From an uncultured Candidatus Saccharibacteria bacterium (lineage in GTDB: Bacteria; Patescibacteriota; Minisyncoccia; Phycocordibacterales; CAIZLB01), in the NCBI GenBank assembly GCA_964450605.1, contig CAYVEK010000001.1, positions 8,430-72,429 on the forward strand: a stretch of 64,000 nucleotides of DNA, written 5' to 3'. The first letter of the stretch is position 1; each line of letters starts with the position of its first letter. This document shows, in pieces, positions 49,238-59,121 of the stretch. The notes below the pieces were generated by a model. That model had not been told where the DNA came from. It searched no databases and worked only from the letters and a program-made list of their open reading frames with translations. A program made the translations under genes and the position numbers.

Positions 49238-50671
49238 CTAAAGCATCAAATCCGACAGACCGTTATAGAACTCACAAAACGAGTCCAAACGACCATCTTC
49301 TCCCATGACGGCTGTACAACATCTGTCTGTACGGTTACAGCTCCAGTTGTGGGCCGGACCACCAAATGTCATGAAGGGTTTTATCGATAGTCTGAACGCT
49401 TGAAGCGCATCCTCCATACTTACATGCATCGATCCGGCTTCGGTAGTCTCGCAACCGCAGAGGTGAACATCTTCTTGGTCGTAATTTATCCTGTCGGCCA
49501 AGAATGATGTTAGGGGCAAGCGCTCAGCAAGAGGCATGTCTCTGACCATACAGGTTACAGTCTTCCGATTTATCCAACCAATATGTTGACAGTTTGGATC
49601 TCCGCAAGGGAGCGGGAATATGCTGTTTTCATCCAGCACGCCATTCGCCTGATGAATCAGGTGGTTTATGACGTGTCCGGAGTCTACAAGTGCGGAGAAT
49701 TCTCCGTCAATTCTTCCTCCGCCGAAACGAGGCTGGTAGTTGACCCCTTTGACCACTGGGCATGACATGCCCAACAGGGCCACTTTCCACAAGTCGCAAA
49801 GGTTTTCGTGTACCACTGTCATGGCTAGTGTGGTGGACACACCTGTGGTCGGTAATTTTTCCAGGACTCTGAGTTCGTGGGTATGGAAGTTGCCCCCGGC
49901 AAGCACGCCTTGTGCCGGCGTTGATGGTCCGTTGAATTTGAGGTAGATGTGCACTTTGCGAAGATTCGCGATGGCTTTTAACTGTTCCGCAAAGTTGGCG
50001 TCCAACAACTTTGTTCCGTTGGTGTTGACCATCACCACGTGGATGTCTGGATTTTCCTGACACCATGTGAGTATGTCAAAGAATTGAGGATGAAGAGTTG
50101 GTTCACCTCCAGACAGCTGGAGGATTTCGATATAACCCCTCTTGTTTAGCAGTTTTTGAATCCTCGACTTTACTTCGTCTAAGGGAATAAAGGTGACATC
50201 GCCACCTCCTGCTTTGGGCGAAGCGGCCAAACATGTGGGACAACTCCAGTTGCAGGAACGCACTATCTCCAACAAGACAACGCAAGGGCTGAGTTTGTCG
50301 AAGTGGTCACCTTGTCCAACTTGCGGATCTTCCATAGTGGCATTTTTGCCAAGTGTAGATACTGCTGCATCGTCGCTGGACCTGCAGGCACAGGTTGCTC
50401 CGCAGGCTCCATCAGTAGGCTCTGCTTTGTAGAAAAAACGAGCGTCTGACATGACAATCGTTTGTGCGATGTGTTGGCATGCTGTGCAGGCAAATTGCAT
50501 ACGGATACGCTCTGGTTGTCTGTCTTCAAAAACCCCGCTGTACATGTAGCGAGAGGGTCCAAGAGGATCTTTTTCTTCAGATGCTGGGACTTTGACCCAG
50601 GTGGCAGATGTGCGCACCCTGCAGTTCGGACATACGGTAAAACCGCGAGAAATGATAGGGTAAGTTTGCAT
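49238..50671 (-). CDS. radical SAM enzyme (SPASM/twitch-like) with N-terminal Cys4 zinc-ribbon/rubredoxin-like module, on a GC-rich island
   Basis: CNWSCPTC (CxxxCxxC); SGGEPTL SAM-binding motif; VMVNTNGTKL; N-terminal CPNC...CTAC; C-terminal CGDPNC...C, CGCETT, CNRTDRCC clusters; about 52% GC. Confidence 0.8.
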   Translation of the reverse strand: MQTYPIISRGFTVCPNCRVRTSATWVKVPASEEKDPLGPSRYMYSGVFEDRQPERIRMQFACTACQHIAQTIVMSDARFFYKAEPTDGACGATCACRSSDDAAVSTLGKNATMEDPQVGQGDHFDKLSPCVVLLEIVRSCNWSCPTCLAASPKAGGGDVTFIPLDEVKSRIQKLLNKRGYIEILQLSGGEPTLHPQFFDILTWCQENPDIHVVMVNTNGTKLLDANFAEQLKAIANLRKVHIYLKFNGPSTPAQGVLAGGNFHTHELRVLEKLPTTGVSTTLAMTVVHENLCDLWKVALLGMSCPVVKGVNYQPRFGGGRIDGEFSALVDSGHVINHLIHQANGVLDENSIFPLPCGDPNCQHIGWINRKTVTCMVRDMPLAERLPLTSFLADRINYDQEDVHLCGCETTEAGSMHVSMEDALQAFRLSIKPFMTFGGPAHNWSCNRTDRCCTAVMGEDGRLDSFCEFYNGLSDLML

Positions 50672-50728
50672 GGTAGTGGTGATTGTTAAAGTTCTTGTTG
50701 TTTCGGTAGCAAACCTAGCCTATCACAC

Positions 50729-51466
50729 CTACACCTTCCTCATCAATCGAAGCAGACTTACTCCGTACCCTAAAACTACTATCGCACTTGTCCACTGAAT
50801 AGCAGTTAATCCTCCAATGAGTGGATGTACTGGTTTAATAAATTCAACAAAAAATCTAAAACCAAAATATCCTACAGCAAAAAGTCTAAAAAATATTCCA
50901 CTACCTACCAGATCACTTCTTTTTTTCATAAATAAACTTAGGCCAATCCATAAAAAGCCAACAACAAGTATTTCGTATAAAGATGTTGGATGTCGAAGTA
51001 GTCCATCTCCTTGATCCATGGCCCAAGGAAGAGAAGAAACAAGGCCAACAGTTTGATCTCTTACACCAACAAGAAAACAGCCAATGCGTCCGATAATTAC
51101 ACCAAGGGCAATCGGTCCAACCATAATGTCTCCGACAGAAGTTTTAATTTTTAAAAACTTTTTTACAATCTCTATTCCTAGTATTCCTCCGGCAATACCA
51201 CCAGCAACAGTCTTAACCGCATAATAGTACATCCAATGTGGAGGATTGAAAAATAATTCAGGACGCTCAAGCGCTGCTATAAGTCGGGAACCTATAAGTG
51301 CTCCAGCTGCAGCACCAATAAGAAGGATGGTTTTTTGTGATACGGATGATTCACTTGAATTCACTTTTTTATAGATACGAGAATAATACCAAGCGGGAAT
51401 AAGTAGAGAAAAAGTATCTGTTAAAAAATGAACCCATAATGGAGCATGGCCGGGGGTAAATAACAT
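50729..51466 (-). CDS. lgt: prolipoprotein diacylglyceryl transferase
   Basis: GRIGCF and LRHPTSLYE Lgt signatures; 245 aa polytopic. Confidence 0.8.
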   Translation of the reverse strand: MLFTPGHAPLWVHFLTDTFSLLIPAWYYSRIYKKVNSSESSVSQKTILLIGAAAGALIGSRLIAALERPELFFNPPHWMYYYAVKTVAGGIAGGILGIEIVKKFLKIKTSVGDIMVGPIALGVIIGRIGCFLVGVRDQTVGLVSSLPWAMDQGDGLLRHPTSLYEILVVGFLWIGLSLFMKKRSDLVGSGIFFRLFAVGYFGFRFFVEFIKPVHPLIGGLTAIQWTSAIVVLGYGVSLLRLMRKV

Positions 51467-51541
51467 AATAATATTATTGCATTTGAGTTTTAATTAATCT
51501 AGGCAATCCGTTAAGGGTTAAATTTATGTTATAATCTAAAA

Positions 51542-52396
51542 ATGGATTCAGAAAGATTAGCTGAAAAGATAGATAGAGCAGAAAACTCACTTCCTCAGAC
51601 AAAAGAAGATGTGCTTGGTTTTATACACCGACGTGTGCATCGACTTGAACAACTTGGTGGAGAAAAAGCAGTTGAGGCGGTTATTAAAAAATTAGATCAA
51701 AAATTTGATTGTAGGAAAACTCCTGAAGGTTTTCAATATATACATGATGGAGAGGTTAGATATGAGATAAAGGGTGAGATTCTTTCTTTTAAAGATATAC
51801 AGAGAAATCCTGAGGTTGATAGTGCCACCAGTCTTCTTTGGGATAGAATAAAGGGTCTTAAACAACATATGGAAAATATTGTTTTTATAAAAAATCCAGT
51901 TATAGTTTTTCCTGGACAGGAGATTAGTATTTCTGACCATGACTACAAGTCAACATACATATTTTATGAAATCAATGATTTAAATTATCAACAACATGAT
52001 AAAGCCTTAAGTTTGTATGTAGATACTGCTCATGTTGCAAAGGCAGATATAAATGAAGATTATGTGTTAATAAGCCTTCCAACTGCTGTAGACAGTATTT
52101 TAAATCTATTCATGATACTACATGAAATAGGTCACTCACGTATTACGGATCAAGATTCTTCAACTTTTAGTTCTGCTGAAGTCCGACCGATCTATGGAAA
52201 GGTTCAGCGTGGAGAAAATGTAAATCCGGCAGAGGCTGGTGTAGTTCTTGAACATGAAAGATTAGCGAATGATTTTGCAAAACGTGTAATCGCGGGAGAA
52301 TTCTATGATCTGGTCAGTGAAGAAGATCTTATGTGTTTAGAAGCTTACAATGAAAGTAGTTACGCACAAGGGTTGTATTCGCAATTATCTGCGTAA
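51542..52396 (+). CDS. hypothetical protein with HExxH motif (possible zinc metallopeptidase-like)
   Basis: LFMILHEIGHSRI motif; otherwise unrecognised. Confidence 0.4.
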   Translation: MDSERLAEKIDRAENSLPQTKEDVLGFIHRRVHRLEQLGGEKAVEAVIKKLDQKFDCRKTPEGFQYIHDGEVRYEIKGEILSFKDIQRNPEVDSATSLLWDRIKGLKQHMENIVFIKNPVIVFPGQEISISDHDYKSTYIFYEINDLNYQQHDKALSLYVDTAHVAKADINEDYVLISLPTAVDSILNLFMILHEIGHSRITDQDSSTFSSAEVRPIYGKVQRGENVNPAEAGVVLEHERLANDFAKRVIAGEFYDLVSEEDLMCLEAYNESSYAQGLYSQLSA

Positions 52397-52447
52397 ATAT
52401 ATCATAGGCAGAGTGTAGTGCACGTACTTTTGTGATATTATCAGACT

Positions 52448-55400
52448 ATGAATATTTTATATAAATATCTGTATCTATTACTATTAATACCCAGCGTTAT
52501 TTTCGCCCAAACAACCATCCCTGATCCAAACGCGCCGATGCGTCTTGATGGTTTTCAGAATCCGTTTGCACAGGCAGATGGAACGGTAAATTGTTTTGAC
52601 TACTATTCATTTGGTAGTGTTCAAGCAGAATTTACTCCATCAGTTACACAAGTTGTTGCCGGTACAAAGATAACTTTCAAAGGATTGCTTCATAATAAAA
52701 ATCAGTATCCTGTTGTAAATGGATCTTTTATTGTTAAAATCTTCAAGACAAATGAATCTTCAGAAAAAAATATTTTTGGACCAGATGTTGTTGATGAGTT
52801 TATTGTAAAAAAAGATGTGTCCCTAAACGCAAGTAGTGCGGTACCTATTTCATTTGATTGGAAAGTTCCTAGTCATGCACCGTCGGGCACATACAAGGCT
52901 GTAGCTTTTTTTACAGTTGCAGATAAATTTAACCTACTAGGGCTTACCTTTACTGATGATGTGATAGGTAATTCTGCAAACTTCGCCGTCTTGGGAGAAA
53001 ATTCAGATTTTATTGGTTTTAATAAAACAAAAGTATTTGTTGACGGTAATCAATATTTTTTTGCCGCATATCCTCCAAGAGTTAGCGGAACATCAAGTAT
53101 CCCTGTTGAGGCTGAATTGCAAAATCCAACATCACAGATAAAAAGAGTTAAGGTCTTGTGGGAAGTTTACTCGTGGGATGCTCAATCTGAAAAAAACTTT
53201 TTGACGAGTTCGACTACCTTTGTAACGCTGCAACCAAAATCAAGTCTTAAAACTTCAATGGCTGTTTGGCATACAGAAAAACCTGTATATTATGTACGAG
53301 CAACAGCTTTGTATGAAGATAGTAAGTCTATTTTAGGAGTTCGTTTTGTTCGTAGAGATATAAATGATGCTCGTATCAACTTTCCATCAGTACAATCATT
53401 TCCTCTAAAAAAGGGTGAGAAAAACGGTTTATTTTCTTGCTTACACTCTATAAGTGATACTGCAGAAGCTCCTTCAGGAACACTTAAACTTACTCTCACA
53501 GATTTGAAGGACAACGTTATTCATAAATATGAGTACTCAGGTGTTATTACGGGTAATATGATGGGCGTTCAGGAAGCGTTCACTCCTGAAAAAGATTTTG
53601 ATAATGTCAAATTAAAAGCAGAGCTTATTTCAAATGGAAAAACTGTTGATTCTTCCGAGCTTATATATATGTGTGAAAATATAAATCCAAAAGATTGTAA
53701 ATCAAATACTAAAACAATCGCGCTCATAGCAGTTGTCCTGTTTGCGATTATTGCGGCATTTATCTTTAGAAAAAAATATAAAAAAGAAATAATCACAATA
53801 TTCCTGTGTTCTATCTTCTTTGGTCCTCACATGACTTTTGCAAAAGATGTTCAGTGGAATCAGACAGTAAACAGAGGTTTCTCTTATTATTTTGATAGCA
53901 CTGCGACTCCGGATATCACTACACCTTTTTGGCATATCGGTTTATTGTCTCCAAACATTACAGTAAGATATTCTGCTCAAGTTACAAATGCTGACACGGG
54001 TGCAGTTATTGCTGATGGATCAAATGTATCTCCTGGAACAAAATTAAATTTTACATTTTCTCCACATACATCATCTGATATCTATTGGTTTGGTACAGGA
54101 TTTTCAACCGATAGCCCATATGGAGAATGGGGATCTATAACAACTCCTCCCGCCATCACTTGTCAGACAAAAGATTTTGTAAATTACGATACATCTCCAC
54201 CTCCACTAAACTTTGCAATTTATATTCCTCTTGTTATAGCTCCGCCAACGAAAAGTCTTACTAACACATCTGGAATGACTTGTGTTGATTTGAACTCAAC
54301 AACAAAGCAGTGCACAGTTACTGGAACAGGCGCATTAAATCCTACATTTCAATTTGATCAAACATCAGGAAAGTTTTTCTATAGACTAAAAGGAACAAAT
54401 TATTATGGAGGTCGATGTATAGGAACAAATGTTCCCATGGAAGTCATAACATCGACAACAGGTCATGAACCGTATACTTTGTCAGTACCTGGACAAAGTA
54501 TTACATACAACCTTGTCAGTGTTTCTAACTCACAACCTCCAACTGCACCAGTTATAACTGGTCCTACAACGGGATATGTAAATGAAGTTTATACATTTAA
54601 TTTCAAATCAACTGACCCTGATAACGATCAGGTTAGATACGGAATAGATTGGTCTGGAGGAAACACTGTAAATGAATGGGTTCCCGGATCTGGCTATGTT
54701 CCCGATGAGACTGATCAAACTTCTACAAAAAGTTGGACGACTCCAGGAACGTACACTTTCAAAATCAAAGCTCAAGATAATCAAGGTGCCGATTCTGGAT
54801 GGACTACACATACAATAGTCATAAGTAATAACCCAGACCACTGTACCAACATCTCCGGCTCTCAAGCATCAGCGCTCTTCCAAGCTCATGGTAGAGACTA
54901 CTTCCAATCACTAGATGATGGTAAACTCTACTTTGTCCCATCAAGTGCATCTTCACCACAGGTTTGTGCAGTAGACATGTGTGCAGATACATCAGCGATA
55001 GAAGAGGATATACCAGCAGGCTATGTATGGAACCCGTCAGGTGTAACAGCATATCAACAATACTCATGTGTGCTTGATACACCAGAGGTATGCTCATGTT
55101 CAGGTAGAACATACAATTGTTCTGATAATGGCGTGCAAACATCATCAACTCCAAATGCACCTCAATGTGCACTAACTGCATCATGTTCATACGCACAGCC
55201 AACAGGAAACCAGGTGACATTTAACTACACCGCAACAAATGTGCTAGGCTCACTCATCAATGGAGGGTCTCAAGCGTTTACAATACCGACAACAGGACAA
55301 GGAACGATATCAGACAGTAGAGTATTGAGTAATACAGGTGATGGGCAAACATCAACGGCGGCGTGTTCGTATAACTACGTAAGTACTGATCCTAAGATTG

Positions 55401-55645
55401 TGAGTTTTGTTGCGTCAAAAGTTGTAGCACAAGGTTCTCAATGTACCTTTACATGGCAAACAGCAGATATGACAGCTTGCACTCTTAGTGGTGAAAGTGT
55501 TAGCTTAACAGGAAACAGGTCATATTCAACCAGTGCGGGCAAGAACATAACCAAAACACTGTCTTGTACAACCAACGAACAAGTTCCTCAAACTGTAGCT
55601 ATGACCAGAACATGCTTTGTGAAGCCGGAGGTGGAGGAGAGGTAG
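52448..55645 (+). CDS. large secreted/surface protein (1065 aa) with signal peptide, internal hydrophobic segments and a PKD domain
   Basis: N-terminal signal (LLLLIPSVIFAQT); PKD-like block (YTFNFKSTDPDNDQVRYGIDWSGGN...GTYTFKIKAQDNQG); TM-like stretch IALIAVVLFAIIAAFIF. Confidence 0.6.
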   Translation: MNILYKYLYLLLLIPSVIFAQTTIPDPNAPMRLDGFQNPFAQADGTVNCFDYYSFGSVQAEFTPSVTQVVAGTKITFKGLLHNKNQYPVVNGSFIVKIFKTNESSEKNIFGPDVVDEFIVKKDVSLNASSAVPISFDWKVPSHAPSGTYKAVAFFTVADKFNLLGLTFTDDVIGNSANFAVLGENSDFIGFNKTKVFVDGNQYFFAAYPPRVSGTSSIPVEAELQNPTSQIKRVKVLWEVYSWDAQSEKNFLTSSTTFVTLQPKSSLKTSMAVWHTEKPVYYVRATALYEDSKSILGVRFVRRDINDARINFPSVQSFPLKKGEKNGLFSCLHSISDTAEAPSGTLKLTLTDLKDNVIHKYEYSGVITGNMMGVQEAFTPEKDFDNVKLKAELISNGKTVDSSELIYMCENINPKDCKSNTKTIALIAVVLFAIIAAFIFRKKYKKEIITIFLCSIFFGPHMTFAKDVQWNQTVNRGFSYYFDSTATPDITTPFWHIGLLSPNITVRYSAQVTNADTGAVIADGSNVSPGTKLNFTFSPHTSSDIYWFGTGFSTDSPYGEWGSITTPPAITCQTKDFVNYDTSPPPLNFAIYIPLVIAPPTKSLTNTSGMTCVDLNSTTKQCTVTGTGALNPTFQFDQTSGKFFYRLKGTNYYGGRCIGTNVPMEVITSTTGHEPYTLSVPGQSITYNLVSVSNSQPPTAPVITGPTTGYVNEVYTFNFKSTDPDNDQVRYGIDWSGGNTVNEWVPGSGYVPDETDQTSTKSWTTPGTYTFKIKAQDNQGADSGWTTHTIVISNNPDHCTNISGSQASALFQAHGRDYFQSLDDGKLYFVPSSASSPQVCAVDMCADTSAIEEDIPAGYVWNPSGVTAYQQYSCVLDTPEVCSCSGRTYNCSDNGVQTSSTPNAPQCALTASCSYAQPTGNQVTFNYTATNVLGSLINGGSQAFTIPTTGQGTISDSRVLSNTGDGQTSTAACSYNYVSTDPKIVSFVASKVVAQGSQCTFTWQTADMTACTLSGESVSLTGNRSYSTSAGKNITKTLSCTTNEQVPQTVAMTRTCFVKPEVEER

Positions 55646-55716
55646 GATAAAACAATGATTATGCCTATATAGCTAGGTAGCACAGCGTTGATATAGTTGG
55701 TATAATAAGAGACATT

Positions 55717-57837
55717 ATGGCAGACAAACCAGCAAAGAAATCAACCTATGACGCGAGCGCTATTCAAGTTCTCGAAGGTCTAGAACCAGTACGAAAACGA
55801 CCAGGTATGTACATTGGTACAACAGGTCCAGACGGTTTACATCATTTGATTAACGAGATTTTTGATAACTCTCGTGATGAAGCTATGGGAGGTCATGCTG
55901 ATCGTATAGAGGTTGCTCTTCTTCCACACGGTTATGTGCGAGTTGTTGATAATGGTCGAGGTATTCCAACAGGTATACATCCAAAAACAAAAGTATCTGC
56001 ACTCGAAACTACTATGACCGTTCTTCATGCTGGAGGTAAGTTTGGTGGAGAGGGATATAAAGTATCTGGAGGTTTGCACGGTGTAGGTGCGTCTGTAGTA
56101 AACGCGCTGTCTGTTCATACTTCTGTTACTGTACACCAAGATGGTGGAAAATTTTTTCAAGAGTACGAGATAGGAAAACCAAAAGCCTCTGTTAAAAAGA
56201 TAGGTACTTCAAAAGTTCATGGAACAATAGTGATGTGGAAAGCTGATGATACTATCTTTAAAGATGGTATTAATTATGATTGGAACAGAATCACATCATA
56301 TTTACGACAACAGGCATACCTGCTCAAAGGTTTAAAGATTCACGTGGTTGATCTTCGGGAAAATGAGATGTCAGAAAAAGAGATGTTTAAGCTAACATCA
56401 GAATGCATATATCTGTATGATGAAGGTCTTGTTTCTCCATCAATGAGTTATTATTTCGAAGGAGGGCTTCGATCAATGGTTGTGTTTTACAATCAACATC
56501 AAAAACCAATTCATAAAAATATCTTCTATGTTGATAAAGAATATACATCAAGTGATAAAGGTGTAGAAGGAAAAAGTGTGATGGTTGAGATAGCTTTGCA
56601 GTATGTTGATGATATAAATATCAAACTTGTTCCATTTGCCAACAACATTTATAACCCAGAACACGGAACACATGTTACAGGTTTTAAAACTGCACTTACT
56701 CGAACTCTTAATACCTATGGAAAGAAAAATAATCTCATAAAAGATGATGAATCATTTACAGGAGATGATGTTCTTGAGGGTATATGTGCTGTTGTCTCTG
56801 TAAAACTACAAGAGATTCAGTTTGAAGGACAGACAAAAGCAAAACTTGGTTCTACAGAAGCTCAATCTGCGACAAGTTCTGTATTCGGTGAAGCATTTGC
56901 AGAATTTCTAGAAGAACATCCTGAAGAAGCAAAGGCAATCATTGCCAAAGTTGTGATGGCTGTACGAGCTCGAAAAGCTGCTAAAGCTGCTAAGGATTCT
57001 ATTCTTCGAAAAGGAGCACTTGAAGGCATGACGCTTCCAGGAAAACTTTCTGACTGTCAGAGTAGAAAAGCTGAGGAGTCTGAGTTGTTTATCGTAGAGG
57101 GAGACTCTGCTGGAGGTACGGCTGTTGCTGGGCGAGATCGAAAAACACAAGCAGTGTTACCACTTCGAGGAAAAATTTTGAACATCGAACGTGCACGTCT
57201 TGATAAGATACTGGCATCAGAGCAGGTTCGAAACTTGGTTGTAGCACTTGGAACAGCGATCGGTGATGTGTTTGATATTACAAAACTTCGATATCACAAA
57301 GTGATTATTGCAACCGATGCCGATGTTGACGGTGCTCATATTCGAACACTTATACTTACACTTTTGTATAGATATTTTAAACCATTGATCGAAGGTGGTT
57401 ATATATACATTGCACAACCCCCTCTATATAAGATAAAGTATGGAAAAGAGTTGGTGTACGCATATTCAGATGATGAGAAAAATACATTTCTAAAAAGTAT
57501 CGGTTTTGAAGGTTTAGATGTAAAAGATCCTGTTGAAGGTGAAGAGGGGGAAGAGTCTGCTGAGGTGACAGAGGAGTCAGATGAAGATGATGGAAAAGAT
57601 GATGGTAAAACTCGAACAAAGAAACCTTTCATACAACGATACAAAGGTTTGGGAGAGATGAATGCTGAAGAGCTAGGTGAGACAACTATGGATGCTAAAA
57701 AACGAGTTCTAAAACAGGTTCGTATTGATGATATTGTTGAGACAGATAGAGTTATAGACGTACTCATGGGAACAGATGTTGTTTCTCGAAAAAGCTTTAT
57801 ACAAACAAACGCTAAGAACGCTCATCTCGATATCTAA
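55717..57837 (+). CDS. gyrB: DNA gyrase subunit B
   Basis: GHKL ATPase (INEIFDNSRDEA), transducer, TOPRIM (EGDSAGG) and C-terminal domain; acidic insertion near the C-terminus. Confidence 0.9.
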   Translation: MADKPAKKSTYDASAIQVLEGLEPVRKRPGMYIGTTGPDGLHHLINEIFDNSRDEAMGGHADRIEVALLPHGYVRVVDNGRGIPTGIHPKTKVSALETTMTVLHAGGKFGGEGYKVSGGLHGVGASVVNALSVHTSVTVHQDGGKFFQEYEIGKPKASVKKIGTSKVHGTIVMWKADDTIFKDGINYDWNRITSYLRQQAYLLKGLKIHVVDLRENEMSEKEMFKLTSECIYLYDEGLVSPSMSYYFEGGLRSMVVFYNQHQKPIHKNIFYVDKEYTSSDKGVEGKSVMVEIALQYVDDINIKLVPFANNIYNPEHGTHVTGFKTALTRTLNTYGKKNNLIKDDESFTGDDVLEGICAVVSVKLQEIQFEGQTKAKLGSTEAQSATSSVFGEAFAEFLEEHPEEAKAIIAKVVMAVRARKAAKAAKDSILRKGALEGMTLPGKLSDCQSRKAEESELFIVEGDSAGGTAVAGRDRKTQAVLPLRGKILNIERARLDKILASEQVRNLVVALGTAIGDVFDITKLRYHKVIIATDADVDGAHIRTLILTLLYRYFKPLIEGGYIYIAQPPLYKIKYGKELVYAYSDDEKNTFLKSIGFEGLDVKDPVEGEEGEESAEVTEESDEDDGKDDGKTRTKKPFIQRYKGLGEMNAEELGETTMDAKKRVLKQVRIDDIVETDRVIDVLMGTDVVSRKSFIQTNAKNAHLDI

Positions 57838-57875
57838 AAAGGCGGGTAGGGGTATGTGGATAACTTGTCATTTAG

Positions 57876-57903
57876 TTGACAGGTTATCTTTATGTTGTAT
57901 ACT
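57876..57903 (+). promoter_or_regulatory. near-consensus sigma70-type promoter upstream of the island-3 gene
   Basis: TTGACA (57876-81), 16-nt spacer, TATACT (57898-903); about 65 nt upstream of ATG 57970. Confidence 0.4.
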
Positions 57904-57969
57904 TAAGTCAGTGCCATATTCGCGCACCTTGAAATATTGTCGTCTGTAAAGCGACCTTCAGGGTGTTAG

Positions 57970-59049
57970 ATGTGGTCTCCAATTCAACTTATGAACTCAA
58001 CATCAGCAGCGGTTTTCCGTCTTGTTGTTTTGGTCTTGATGATCCTGTTCACAGCAGGGGCCTCAAAGGCTGAGACCTACAAAGCGGTTGTTACCGATTT
58101 TAGCTTGAGTTTTAATCCGCCGGATCCTCTAGATCCATTCAAGAACTCAAGTTCTAACCTGCACATGACGGACATGTCGCAGGTTTCGGCCGAAACGACG
58201 GTGTACTTCTCCGTTCGTTTTCGGTTTCTCGGGGATACTTCGGGCCAGTGGCTCTCTGTGAGTCAGCCGAACTTTCCCGGCAGTAACTCCTTCACGATGA
58301 TGGGTCAGAAGGAGCAGGGTGGTGGTGTACGCTACCCAAACGGTCTCGGAGGTGCTCAAAACATCTCTATTGCGGGTTCGGTCTACACTGGCTACGACTA
58401 TCCGAAGAATCCAAATCCTACAACAGGTGGGGCGTGGATCTACGGCAAAGACGTCGCGGGGAATATCGTCACCCCAACCGGGAGTCCGATCAAGGATCCT
58501 GGTGCCGTGCCGTTCAATGGCGGGGCCTATATGGTCAACTCTAACCCCAATCTTCGGGTATACGAGTTTTCCGTTATCGGAGCCCGTCGGAAGTTCGGCT
58601 CGTCGTTTGTGTCAGGGGTTAATAACCTCAGGGCTCAAGCCGCCCTGACCGGCGCTAAGTTCAACCTCTTTGTTGACGTGACAAGCAGTATTGGGGTCGA
58701 CTCGGTACTAGGCCCGACAGAAGGGTGCAAGTGCTATCTTCAGTATCCTGAGTGGTTGCGCTTCCCAACGATCTATGTCGGCGATCAGTTTGGTCCGGTC
58801 AAACTCGACCTTCAAATACTGTCGGTTGGAAATTTCCTGATCAAAAATGGTCGCTTGTCGACCATGATCCTGCAAAGGTCGGGAGATCTTCGTAACTGGT
58901 ACACAGTACCAGCGGTCGATTACTCGATCTCAAATCTGGTCAACGGCGACACCGCCCTGACCATGATCGGATTAGGAAGTCAAACCACTCACCTGTCCAT
59001 CCCTCCGCAGGACGGGCCAAACTGCTTCTACCGCCTCGCGTACCCATAA
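57970..59049 (+). CDS. hypothetical secreted protein (359 aa) on a GC-rich island
   Basis: GC3-rich codon usage; signal peptide (AAVFRLVVLVLMILFTAGASKA); Gly/Asn/Pro-rich; no family recognised. Confidence 0.55.
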   Translation: MWSPIQLMNSTSAAVFRLVVLVLMILFTAGASKAETYKAVVTDFSLSFNPPDPLDPFKNSSSNLHMTDMSQVSAETTVYFSVRFRFLGDTSGQWLSVSQPNFPGSNSFTMMGQKEQGGGVRYPNGLGGAQNISIAGSVYTGYDYPKNPNPTTGGAWIYGKDVAGNIVTPTGSPIKDPGAVPFNGGAYMVNSNPNLRVYEFSVIGARRKFGSSFVSGVNNLRAQAALTGAKFNLFVDVTSSIGVDSVLGPTEGCKCYLQYPEWLRFPTIYVGDQFGPVKLDLQILSVGNFLIKNGRLSTMILQRSGDLRNWYTVPAVDYSISNLVNGDTALTMIGLGSQTTHLSIPPQDGPNCFYRLAYP

Positions 59050-59121
59050 CGCGCGGGGCACAGCCACAGACGACACCTACACGGAACACCGCCCCAACTG
59101 GCGCGGTGTTGCAGAAAAACG

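Noticed and set aside
49158-49238. N-terminal 27-codon extension of small membrane paralog A from the track's start at 49238
   Set aside because: The extension would begin inside and read through the 11-bp perfect-stem terminator of the rSAM gene. ATG 49157 gives a protein (MEIEPN...) matching the size and architecture of paralog B.
49583-50689. Overlapping ORFs within the radical-SAM island (49583..49765 +, 49707..50066 -, 49740..49946 +, 50103..50285 -, 50193..50432 +, 50263..50562 -, 50462..50689 +)
   Set aside because: Same high-GC artefact. They are internal to, or antisense of, the rSAM gene, whose motifs are unambiguous.
58147-58648. ORFs 58147..58359 - and 58319..58648 + inside the island-3 gene
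   Set aside because: Internal or antisense to the 359-aa GC3-consistent ORF. Arg/Pro-rich composition artefacts.
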